From Methanobacteriota archaeon (GTDB lineage Archaea; Thermoplasmatota; Thermoplasmata; SG8-5; JAGLSY01), in assembly GCA_020697715.1 (NCBI GenBank), contig JAEHCO010000001.1, positions 512,001 through 576,000 on the forward strand: a stretch of DNA of 64,000 nt, given 5' to 3'. The position numbers and the translations under genes were made by a program. The notes below the pieces were generated by a model. That model did no database searches. It worked only from the letters and a program-made list of their open reading frames with translations, and was not told the origin of the DNA. Every line of letters starts with the position of its first letter. The stretch's first letter is position 1. Below are positions 9,752 to 19,078 of the stretch, piece after piece.

Positions 9752-12372
9752 AAATTGAGGAAATAAGAGCTCTTTGGGGTCCGAACTATTACAGTCGTTA
9801 TCCAGTTATTTACATGCTTTTGGATATAGGGAAATTAGAGGAGAAACCCTCTGATATGGTCCCAGACATGAAAGACAGATTGCTCAAATTGATGCCGAGT
9901 ATAATGGAACATAGATGCTCCCCAGGTCATATAGGTGGCTTTTTAGAAAGGATTGAAAGAGGGACATGGGCCGGTCATATTGTAGAGCATGTGGCAATAG
10001 AGCTTCAATGTCTCGCAAACATGGAAGTTGGATTCGGTAAGACAATAGGAACAGATGCTAAGGGAGTTTACAAGGTTGTATTCAGATACAGGGATCAAGA
10101 GGTTGGTGTTGAAGCCGGGAAAGCAGCGGTAAAGATAGTGGATGCATTGTTCAAGAACAAGCCCATCAAGATCGAACCGATCATCGCTCGCTTGAAGGTA
10201 ATTCGGGAAGAGAACATATTTGGACCTTCAACTTATTCAATAATCAAAGAAGCGGAGAGTCGTGGGATACCACATATTCGTCTCAATAAACAAAGTTATG
10301 TTCAGTTGGGACATGGTATAAATCAACGCAGAATTCAGGCCACCATGGTGGACAATACCTCTGCCATTGGTGTGGAGATAGCAGATGATAAAGAACAAAC
10401 CAAGGAGATCCTGGATGAGGCTGGAATTCCAGTTCCTATGGGAAGATCCGTAGATAGTCTAGAAGGGGCTTTCCTGGTCGCCAAAGATATAAATTATCCA
10501 GTCACCGTGAAACCTTTGGTGGGGCATCATGGTAAGGGCATCACGGCCAATGTGAAAAATGATGGGGAACTTAAAATAGCCTTCAACAGTGCGAAAAAAT
10601 TCCATGAACTTATTGTTGTGGAAAAGCATTTGGAAGGTTTCGATCATAGATTGTTGGTGATCAATGGAGAACTTGTTGCAGCTGCTAGAAGAGAGACTGC
10701 CAGTGTTGAGGGCGATGGAAGATCAACGATCCGTGAACTCATCGATGTGGTCAATGAAGATCCAAGACGGGGCATCGGGCATGAGAAGGTTCTCACGGAG
10801 ATAAAAATAGATTATATGACAAAGAGGCTGCTCAAACACCAGAACTTGAAACTTACGGACATACTTCCAGATGGAAGTATGCTCTATCTCAAATCCACTG
10901 CCAACCTCAGCACTGGTGGTTGTTCGATAGACGTGACTGATGAAGTGCATCCTCATATCAAAAGGATGGCAGAGCGGATATCCGAGATAATCAATATCAA
11001 TGTGATGGGAATAGATGTGGTAGCTCCACATCTTCGAAGACCCTTGAAAGAAACTGGAGGGGGAATAATTGAGGTGAACGCAGCTCCAGGATTCAGGATG
11101 CATTTAGAGCCATATTCAGGTGCTAGGAGGAATGTGGCTAAACCTCTGGTCGATATGTTGTTTCCTCCAGAGGCAAAGAGCACGATCCCCATCATTGCAG
11201 TAACTGGCACGAATGGGAAAACAACCACGGTCCGCCTCATAGCACACATCCTCAAATATGCTGGAAAAAGCGTGGGAATGTGTTGCACAGACGGTATCGA
11301 GATCGGAAACCAGGTGGTTTTGGAGGGAGACTACAGTGGACCTTCGGGAGCCAGGCATATTTTGACAGAACCATTGGTTGACCATGCTGTTTTAGAGGTT
11401 GCCCGTGGTGGCATCCTGAGGAGAGGACTTGGATATGATGAAAGCGATATCGGGGTCTTTCTAAACATCTCCGCCGACCATCTTGGCTTGGATGGACTAA
11501 ATACCCTGGAGGATCTGGCTGACCTGAAAAGTGTGGTCGTGGACAATATTAAACCCAAAGGGTTCGCAGTCCTTAATGCCGATGACGAATTGGTCATGAA
11601 ATCAATAGACAAGATCAAGGCGAATATCATATTATTCTCTCTCGATAACACCAATCCAGTCCTTTTAACCCACATCTCAAATGATGGAATTGCTGTTACA
11701 GTTAAAGATGGGAATATCATCTTAAGAAAGGGTGCTATTGATATGAAAATAGCAAGGATCAGTAATGTCCCGATCACTTTCGGCGGAAAAGCATTGTTCA
11801 ATATAGCCAATACCCTGGCAGCTGTTGGAGCGACATATGCGGTTGGCATAGATATTAAGACCATACAAACCAGCCTAGTTACATTCAACTCGTCCACAGG
11901 GCAATTGCCAGGCAGGGCGAATCTAATAGATGTCGGCTCATTCAAGGTCTTGATAGATTACGGGCACAATCCCTCTGCAATTGAATCACTTGCAGGTCTG
12001 ATACCTCATCTTACCAATGGAAGAAAGATCAATGTTGGAAGCGGTACAGGGAATCGAAGAGATGAGGACATACTGAATTTTGGTAGGAACATGGGAAAAA
12101 TGTATGATGAAATAATCCTATGCGATTCAGATCCCAGAGATCGGAAACCTGGTGAAACTGCTGAGTTGGCACGTGAAGGTGTGCTATCATCAGATTTTCC
12201 TAAAAAGAATATTCAGATCGTCCTGGATGAGGGTGAGGCCATACAAACTGCTCTTGAAATGGCTAATGAGGGCGATCTCGTGGTCATTCAGGCCAATTAC
12301 ATCAAAGAAGCGATCCATATTGTATTGGAATACAAAGAGAAGCTATTGGCAAAAAGCAAGAAGCGAACCTGA
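9748..12372 (+). CDS. cphA: Cyanophycin synthetase CphA1
   Basis: GPNYYS N-terminus; N-domain C-x19-H-xx-E-H; ATP-grasp domain (KPLVGHHGKG, ANLSTGG, IEVNAAPGFRMH); Mur-ligase domain (VTGTNGKTTT, LEVARGGILRRGLG, DHLG, DYGHN); 874 aa. Confidence 0.95.
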   Translation: MKIEEIRALWGPNYYSRYPVIYMLLDIGKLEEKPSDMVPDMKDRLLKLMPSIMEHRCSPGHIGGFLERIERGTWAGHIVEHVAIELQCLANMEVGFGKTIGTDAKGVYKVVFRYRDQEVGVEAGKAAVKIVDALFKNKPIKIEPIIARLKVIREENIFGPSTYSIIKEAESRGIPHIRLNKQSYVQLGHGINQRRIQATMVDNTSAIGVEIADDKEQTKEILDEAGIPVPMGRSVDSLEGAFLVAKDINYPVTVKPLVGHHGKGITANVKNDGELKIAFNSAKKFHELIVVEKHLEGFDHRLLVINGELVAAARRETASVEGDGRSTIRELIDVVNEDPRRGIGHEKVLTEIKIDYMTKRLLKHQNLKLTDILPDGSMLYLKSTANLSTGGCSIDVTDEVHPHIKRMAERISEIININVMGIDVVAPHLRRPLKETGGGIIEVNAAPGFRMHLEPYSGARRNVAKPLVDMLFPPEAKSTIPIIAVTGTNGKTTTVRLIAHILKYAGKSVGMCCTDGIEIGNQVVLEGDYSGPSGARHILTEPLVDHAVLEVARGGILRRGLGYDESDIGVFLNISADHLGLDGLNTLEDLADLKSVVVDNIKPKGFAVLNADDELVMKSIDKIKANIILFSLDNTNPVLLTHISNDGIAVTVKDGNIILRKGAIDMKIARISNVPITFGGKALFNIANTLAAVGATYAVGIDIKTIQTSLVTFNSSTGQLPGRANLIDVGSFKVLIDYGHNPSAIESLAGLIPHLTNGRKINVGSGTGNRRDEDILNFGRNMGKMYDEIILCDSDPRDRKPGETAELAREGVLSSDFPKKNIQIVLDEGEAIQTALEMANEGDLVVIQANYIKEAIHIVLEYKEKLLAKSKKRT

Positions 12373-12459
12373 ACAGATCTTGAAATTTGATTACTTAAAA
12401 CTTGCCTATCTTCCACGCCTGGAATGAGAACATTCAGATTCTTTAGAGTCTGAATGTTC

Positions 12460-14136
12460 TCAGAATACCGCAGGTTCCTCATATTCACCAAATATGTCCC
12501 TGAGGGCGCTACAGGTCTCTCCCAAGGTCGCCTGCTTCTTGACAGCATCCAGTATGTAGGGCATCAGGTTCTCATCTCCTTCCGCGGCTTTTCTCAAAGC
12601 CTCCAATGCGGCATCGGTCTTTACCTGATCTCTGTTAGATCTTATCTTTCTAAGTCTATCAAATTGGATCTTCTCGCCTTCTGGATCTATCTTCAGTATC
12701 GGAATATCTATGTTCTCGTTCTCATCCACATATTCATTGACACCGACAATGGTCCTTTCTCCACTATCGATATCCTTCTGATACTGGAAAGCGGCATTGG
12801 CTATCTCCTGCTGGAAGAATCCTTTATCAATGGCTTTGAGGACTCCACCCAAAGCCTCGATCTTGTCAAAATATTTGTAAGTCCCTTCTTCCATCCAGTC
12901 GGTCATATATTCAACATAATAGGAGCCTGCCAGAGGATCTATGGTATTGACCACCCCGCTCTCCTCGGCTATTATCTGTTGGGTTCTGAGAGCGATCTTC
13001 ACAGCCTTCTCGCTGGGTAGTGCCAGAGCTTCGTCCATCGAGTTCGTGTGGAGTGATTGTGTACCACCAAGTACAGAAGCTAATCCTTGGATCGTGGTCC
13101 TAACGATATTATTTTCTGGTTGTTGTGCAGTTAGCGAACAACCAGCAGTCTGGGTATGGAACCTCAGCCACATGGTCCTGTCCTTCTTGGCTCCTCGTTT
13201 TTTCATCTCATTTGCCCAAATGCGCCTCGCGGCCCTGTATTTACCTATTTCTTCGAATAGGTCATTATGTGCATTGAAGAAAAATGATAATCTTGGAGCG
13301 AACTGGTCCAGGTCCAAACCACGCTCCATAGCGGCATCGACATATGCTAATCCATCTGCCAATGTGAAGGCCAGTTCTTGAAGCGCGGTGGATCCAGCTT
13401 CCCTGATATGGTATCCACTTATGCTTATCGTGTTCCATCTTGGAACTTCCTTGGTTCCAAATTCAAAAGTATCGACAATGAGCCTCATCGATGGTTCTGG
13501 AGGGAATATCCATGATTTCTGCGCGATGTATTCTTTCAAAATGTCATTTTGAATGGTTCCAGTGATCTGTCCTCTGGAAGCTCCCTGATTCTCGGCAGCC
13601 GCGATATAGAAGGCCCAGACAACTGGTGCTGGCCCATTGATGGTCATCGAGGTACTGACGTCCTTCATCGGTATACCGTCGAAGAGAGTTTCCATGTCTT
13701 TCAATGAGGATATGCCAACACCACACTTGCCAAATTCTCCCTCGGCAAGTGGGTCGTCACTGTCCCTACCGTAAAGGGTAGGGAAATCAAATGCCACGCT
13801 GAGGCCAGTCTCTCCGTGAGCCAGGAGATACTTGTACCTTTGATTTGTTTCTTCCGCTGTCCCGAATCCCGCAAACTGGCGCATGGTCCAAAGCCGGCCA
13901 CGGTGCATGGTCGGCTGAACACCTCTTGTGAAAGGGAATTGACCAGGAAAGTTCAATTTCTCCATGTAATCTGAATCATTGATGTCATCCGGTGTGTGTA
14001 ATGGTCTTACCGGTACACTGGATGTTGTGACGAAGTCATCCCTGCGCTCACCGTGTTTGCTGACCGCATTGGCATATGTGACCTTCTCCCATTCCTTCTT
14101 CGCTTTCTTGATCTCCTCAATTTTTGGATCCGACAT
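12460..14136 (-). CDS. B12-dependent acyl-CoA mutase, large (substrate-binding) subunit; isobutyryl-CoA-mutase-like residues
   Basis: PGQFPFTRG, WTMRQFAGFG, GLSVAFD, QNDILKEY, SISGYHIREAG, GGTQSLHTN. Likely start is ATG 14136, after GGAGG. Confidence 0.92.
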   Translation of the reverse strand: MSDPKIEEIKKAKKEWEKVTYANAVSKHGERRDDFVTTSSVPVRPLHTPDDINDSDYMEKLNFPGQFPFTRGVQPTMHRGRLWTMRQFAGFGTAEETNQRYKYLLAHGETGLSVAFDFPTLYGRDSDDPLAEGEFGKCGVGISSLKDMETLFDGIPMKDVSTSMTINGPAPVVWAFYIAAAENQGASRGQITGTIQNDILKEYIAQKSWIFPPEPSMRLIVDTFEFGTKEVPRWNTISISGYHIREAGSTALQELAFTLADGLAYVDAAMERGLDLDQFAPRLSFFFNAHNDLFEEIGKYRAARRIWANEMKKRGAKKDRTMWLRFHTQTAGCSLTAQQPENNIVRTTIQGLASVLGGTQSLHTNSMDEALALPSEKAVKIALRTQQIIAEESGVVNTIDPLAGSYYVEYMTDWMEEGTYKYFDKIEALGGVLKAIDKGFFQQEIANAAFQYQKDIDSGERTIVGVNEYVDENENIDIPILKIDPEGEKIQFDRLRKIRSNRDQVKTDAALEALRKAAEGDENLMPYILDAVKKQATLGETCSALRDIFGEYEEPAVF

Positions 14137-14431
14137 CTGGGTGCCTCCATTGACGTAATATATGGGAGAAATCATGGTTCATGACCCTCTCATCAATGCA
14201 TCCGACATAAATTTCGGGTTAAATAGTGTTTTGTTCTGCCAAAACAGTGCTTGTTCATAGATTTCAAGCACTGGCTATACAAAATCACAATAATTTAAAA
14301 ATCAACAAATATGATCAGCCAGCTCTTCGAATATTTGGATGATTTTCAAAATAGTTATATATATAAAACATTTTTATACTATTATATCTATTTACCACTT
14401 GGAATTTAAATCATGCGTGGGATGTGAAGCA

Positions 14432-15145
14432 ATGTCGGAAGAAATCAATGTACTAGATAGAAGATATCTAGCTGAGCTTTTGGGAACCATGATCCTTGTA
14501 TTCATAGGATGTGGAAGTGCAGTGATCGCAGGTGGATATGTAGGATTCTTAGGGATCTCGTTCGCCTTTGGATTGACAGTCCTGGCCTTGGTATATGCCA
14601 TCGGGCCAATATCTGGATGTCATATCAATCCAGCCATAACAATCGCTATGCTGGTGTCTAAAAAGATAAAGAAAAATGATGCCATCATGTACATAATCTA
14701 TCAGAGCGTGGGAGCGATAATAGGTGCTCTTATACTATTCTCCATAATGAATGGTCATGTGGATTATGACCTGGCAACCAATGGATTGGGCCAGAATGGA
14801 TATGACACAGCATCTCCAGCGGACTTCCCATTGATGTCCGCATTCATTGCCGAGGTCGTCCTTACTTTCATCTTCCTGCTTGTCGTGCTGGGTGCAACAA
14901 GCAAGAAAGCGGAGAACTCCTTCGCAGGAGTGGCCATTGGTCTTACTTTGACCTTCGTGCACATTGTTGGAATTCCAATAACTGGAACATCCGTCAACCC
15001 TGCAAGAAGTCTTGGACCTGCATTGGTCATGGCGATGGAGAACACACTGGCTCTGGAACAACTTTGGATGTTCTGGCTGGCTCCGATAATAGGTGCGGTC
15101 ATAGCAGCTGTAGTGTGGAAATACGTTCTGGAACCCAGAAGGTAA
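14432..15145 (+). CDS. aqpZ: MIP-family channel, aquaporin Z-like
   Basis: AELLGT, SGCHINPA and GTSVNPARS (two NPA motifs); six hydrophobic helices. Start is probably ATG 14432. Confidence 0.88.
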   Translation: MSEEINVLDRRYLAELLGTMILVFIGCGSAVIAGGYVGFLGISFAFGLTVLALVYAIGPISGCHINPAITIAMLVSKKIKKNDAIMYIIYQSVGAIIGALILFSIMNGHVDYDLATNGLGQNGYDTASPADFPLMSAFIAEVVLTFIFLLVVLGATSKKAENSFAGVAIGLTLTFVHIVGIPITGTSVNPARSLGPALVMAMENTLALEQLWMFWLAPIIGAVIAAVVWKYVLEPRR

Positions 15146-15159
15146 TTTAAATTAAAAAT

Positions 15160-15188
15160 AATGTCCAGCCAGACATAGGCTGGACATT
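15160..15188. terminator. Hairpin between convergent aquaporin and RNR genes
   Basis: aatgtccagcc-agacata-ggctggacatt (11-bp stem). Confidence 0.7.
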
Positions 15189-15213
15189 TCCCTATTTTAT
15201 ACACTATCTTTGT

Positions 15214-17445
15214 TTAACATTTTGAGAAGCCACAGTTCTGGCAGATCAAGCAACCCTCGATGAATGCGATAGGCCCACCGCATTCAGGGCATTCGGGTCT
15301 CACACCACTATCCAGCTTCGTCATTTCCTGAATGATCTGCCCTTTGTTCTTGAGATGCCCTTCAATGGCCTTTCCGATAGCATCAGGGCACGAATATATC
15401 TTATCCTTACCCAGTGCCCGCTCTGGACATCTGATACCCTTCAATTGCTCTATGATATTGCTAGAATCAATGCCCGCCCTCAGTGCCAGGGATATCAATC
15501 TACCAATGGCCTCGGTCTGGCTAGCGGCACATCCGCCTGTCTTTCCCATTCTGGCAAAGAGCTCGAATAACTTATTATTGTCCTCATTCACCGTGACATA
15601 AAGATAACCACACCCGGTCTTCATCCTGTGTGTGGCTCCGTGTATCATAAGCGGCCTCGGCCTCGGCCTCAGCTTGCCATTACTATCAATACCGATATCA
15701 GCCAATGTCGTCTGGTGGATCGCTGTATCTGTCTTGCTCTTACTGGCACTACTACCGGATTCAAGGACCTGTGTCCCCCTGCAACCATCCCTATAAACTG
15801 TAATGCCCTTACAACCTGTTTCGAAAGCCAGGTTGTAAACATTGGCGATATCATCCTTAGTAGCACTGGTATTAAGATTAACTGTCTTGGAAACAGCATT
15901 ATCCGTGTGTTTCTGGAAGGCCGCCTGCATCTGCACATGCCCTTCTGCAGATATCTCATGAGCGGTCTTGAAAAGCGATTTTAGATCACTCGGGAATCCA
16001 GGTAAACTGGCGGTAGTTCCCAACTTGACAATGGCCTCTTCCAACTCATCCGTGTATATGCCACGTTCCTCACATTTCTGCTTGAAGAAAGGATGCACAT
16101 AGTGAAGTGCATCGTCGTCCATCACAGTTTTCACATACGCGATGGAATAAATGGGCTCTATCCCACTGGAACAATCTGCGATCATGGATATGGTGCCAGT
16201 AGGAGCGATCGTCGTGATAGTGGCATTCCTCACCTTCCTATCATTTTCAAATATACTGCCTTTGAAACTGGGGAATGTTCCTCTTTCTTCGGCCAGTTTT
16301 TCAGAGGCTGACCATCCCTCATCCTGCACGAATTTCATCAATTTCTTTGCGAATTTATATGCCTGGGTGGATTCATATGGAATATCCATCTGGATAAGCA
16401 TATCGGCCCAACCCATTATCCCCAATCCGATCTTCCTATTGTTCTTGGTCATTTCGTCTATTTCTGGTAAAGGATATTTGTTCATGTCTATGACATCATC
16501 AAGGAATCTGACCGAGGTGTGTATCACTTTTCTGAGCTTGTCCCAGTCCACTTCATCATCCTTGATCATGTGGCTGAGATTGATGGAACCTAAATTACAT
16601 GATTCGTATGGAAGAAGAGGTTGTTCACCACATGGATTGGTGCTTTCCACCTCTCCAACATGCGGTGTGGGGTTGAACTTGTTAATGCGGTCTATGAAGA
16701 CCATGCCAGGGTCACCTGTTTTCCAGGCCATGCTGGATATGTCATCATAAATCTCTTTGGCACTGGCCTTGCCACATTTCTTACCATCTTTGGGATTGAT
16801 AAGATCATATTCCTCACCCTTTTTCAGGGCTTTCATGAACTTGTCCGTTATGGCCACGGAGATATTGAAATTCGTGAGAACACTCAGATCCTCCTTGCAT
16901 TTTATAAACTCTTGAATATCGGGGTGATCGACGCGCAAAATTCCCATATTCGCGCCTCTGCGAGTACCACCTTGCTTGATGGCCTCAGTGGCCGCATTGA
17001 AGACCTTCATGAAGGAGATAGGTCCACTGCTAACGCCACTGGTGGACATGACAGGGTCATTCTTCGGCCTCAATCGAGTGAATGAAAAACCAGTTCCCCC
17101 TCCACTTTTGTGGATAAGGGCTGCGTTCTTGAGCGCATCGAATATGCTCTCCATGGAATCGCCCACTGGAAGAACAAAACATGCGGATAATTGCTGAATA
17201 TCTCTGCCAGCATTCATCAGGGTTGGTGAGTTTGGCAGAAAATCTAGATCTGCCATCAAATTGTAGAATTCGTTTTCTATCTTTTTGATATCTTTTTTGC
17301 TTTTTCCATAACTCGCTTCTGCCGAGGCAATGTTCTTGGCAACTCTCCTGAACATATCCTCTGGTCCTTCGATCAATTTCCCATTATCGTCCTTTGCCAG
17401 ATAACGGCGCTCCAGTACTGTTAATGCGTTCTTGCTGATACTCAC
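15214..17445 (-). CDS. nrdJ: Class II (adenosylcobalamin-dependent) ribonucleotide reductase
   Basis: PNSPTLMNAG, SACFV, GGTRRGANMG, TNPCGEQPL, CNLGS, TIAPTGT; C-terminal SCPD domain and CxxC zinc ribbon; no ATP cone seen. Confidence 0.93.
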   Translation of the reverse strand: MSISKNALTVLERRYLAKDDNGKLIEGPEDMFRRVAKNIASAEASYGKSKKDIKKIENEFYNLMADLDFLPNSPTLMNAGRDIQQLSACFVLPVGDSMESIFDALKNAALIHKSGGGTGFSFTRLRPKNDPVMSTSGVSSGPISFMKVFNAATEAIKQGGTRRGANMGILRVDHPDIQEFIKCKEDLSVLTNFNISVAITDKFMKALKKGEEYDLINPKDGKKCGKASAKEIYDDISSMAWKTGDPGMVFIDRINKFNPTPHVGEVESTNPCGEQPLLPYESCNLGSINLSHMIKDDEVDWDKLRKVIHTSVRFLDDVIDMNKYPLPEIDEMTKNNRKIGLGIMGWADMLIQMDIPYESTQAYKFAKKLMKFVQDEGWSASEKLAEERGTFPSFKGSIFENDRKVRNATITTIAPTGTISMIADCSSGIEPIYSIAYVKTVMDDDALHYVHPFFKQKCEERGIYTDELEEAIVKLGTTASLPGFPSDLKSLFKTAHEISAEGHVQMQAAFQKHTDNAVSKTVNLNTSATKDDIANVYNLAFETGCKGITVYRDGCRGTQVLESGSSASKSKTDTAIHQTTLADIGIDSNGKLRPRPRPLMIHGATHRMKTGCGYLYVTVNEDNNKLFELFARMGKTGGCAASQTEAIGRLISLALRAGIDSSNIIEQLKGIRCPERALGKDKIYSCPDAIGKAIEGHLKNKGQIIQEMTKLDSGVRPECPECGGPIAFIEGCLICQNCGFSKC

Positions 17446-17863
17446 TCAACCACCCCTGAGAAAATACTGAAAACACTAGGCTTCTGCATCCCGTTCCCAA
17501 GACAGAAGGCACTGCGATTTTATGATATAAACCTTGTGCCGAAAGTCCTTTTATAGTGTTTTTTAATTGGCTAAAAAGAGCCCGTAAATGGAGGCTGTAT
17601 TTCACTGCTCGAAGGCCATATTGCTTACAAAAGTCTGTACCGGACTACTTAAATATTACACAAAAAACCGTACCAATCTCCTTATTAATCAGGATAATGA
17701 TTATTTCATAATGCAGGGACAATGCGGATAAAAAAATTCCATAGTGTTCGCCCACTCATCTCCTCCCATATATCTGACCTCCCTGCCTCACTCTTTTTTC
17801 CCTGGTCATTTTCCATATTCTTAAGGTATTGGATTTAAGTATACATCCACTCTTCCGGTTTTC

Positions 17864-18988
17864 ATGAAAGCCGCGATGATCAACATGATGTCAAATGCCG
17901 CCTGGTTCTCATCCCTATTCCTGATCCCACTATTCGCACAGGATCTGGGGGCTAGTGAGGTTCAGATAGGCCTCATTGTCGCTGCTTACGGCACTGCTTC
18001 TCTGATGTCTTCCTATATATTTGGAAGACTAGCAGATATACATGGTCGCCGGCTTTTCCTGAGGTTCGGTCTTATATTCTCAGCCTTTGCCGCCCTGCTG
18101 CAGATGCTATCTCATGATCCCATAACCCTTCTCTTGACAAGGTCTTTGATGGGTTTCTCGGCTGGCATGTTCCCCGCGGCTTTGATGGCCTATGCTTATG
18201 AATCCAAGTGGAAGATGGGCAAGTTCATGGCCTACGGCTCTCTTGGCTGGGGATTGGGCACTATTGTCGCCGGCATCCTAGCGACAATAGTGGTAATAAA
18301 AAATCCTTACATGGCTCCTTTCCTGCTCAGTGCGATACTTCTCTTCTTCTCCTTCCTCATATCTATGAAGATGCCGAAGGTTCAGGATCATAAGATCAAG
18401 GTTCCTCTATTCCCTAAAAAAGTTATAAAAAAGAATTTGCCGATCTACCTGACTGTCCTGATAAGGCACATGGGAGCCTGCACCATATGGGTGATATTCC
18501 CGATATACGTGATGGAGCTCGGGGGCTCTTTCTTCTGGATCGGTGTGATATACGCGATCAATTCCCTCACCCAGTTCCTGGTCATGAGAAAGCTCAAGGC
18601 CAAAAGTAAGACCCTGATAGTTTGGGGTCTTATCCTATCGATGATAACTTTTGCATCTTTCACATTATGTCAGAATATCTGGCAATTATTACCCACCCAG
18701 GTATTGTTGGGAACGGCATGGGCCTTCCTTTATGTTGGTTCGATAAAGTTCATAATGTCCAGAAATAAGGAAAGGGCGACCGCGACTGGCCTTCTGAACT
18801 CGGTCATGAACATATCATCGATAGGTGGCGCGCTCATAGGTGGTGTGGTGGCTGGTTTGCTTGGATACCATGCGACCATGTATCTTGCGGCGGCGGCTTC
18901 ATTGGTAGCTTTGATAATATTTCTGGTACTTGTCAGGAATGGCAAGAGATCTGGAACTAAAACCAGATCAACCCCCATCGTCTCATAA
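17864..18988 (+). CDS. MFS transporter
   Basis: MFS motif A (GRLADIHGRR); about 12 hydrophobic segments. Confidence 0.88.
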   Translation: MKAAMINMMSNAAWFSSLFLIPLFAQDLGASEVQIGLIVAAYGTASLMSSYIFGRLADIHGRRLFLRFGLIFSAFAALLQMLSHDPITLLLTRSLMGFSAGMFPAALMAYAYESKWKMGKFMAYGSLGWGLGTIVAGILATIVVIKNPYMAPFLLSAILLFFSFLISMKMPKVQDHKIKVPLFPKKVIKKNLPIYLTVLIRHMGACTIWVIFPIYVMELGGSFFWIGVIYAINSLTQFLVMRKLKAKSKTLIVWGLILSMITFASFTLCQNIWQLLPTQVLLGTAWAFLYVGSIKFIMSRNKERATATGLLNSVMNISSIGGALIGGVVAGLLGYHATMYLAAAASLVALIIFLVLVRNGKRSGTKTRSTPIVS

Positions 18989-19040
18989 GATGATCAATGA
19001 ACAATAATAAAAAAGATAATTTTCTTAAAAATGTAAAAGG

Positions 19041-19064
19041 GGGGAAGGCTGGATCGCCTTCCCC
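19041..19064. terminator. Hairpin between convergent genes
   Basis: ggggaaggc-tggatc-gccttcccc with flanking A/T tracts. Confidence 0.7.
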
Positions 19065-19078
19065 ATTTTCTTATTACT

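Noticed and set aside
17446-17860. Cobalamin riboswitch or NrdR boxes upstream of nrdJ
   Set aside because: Only a short cttctg/cagaag stem and AT-rich promoter-like DNA; no recognisable consensus.
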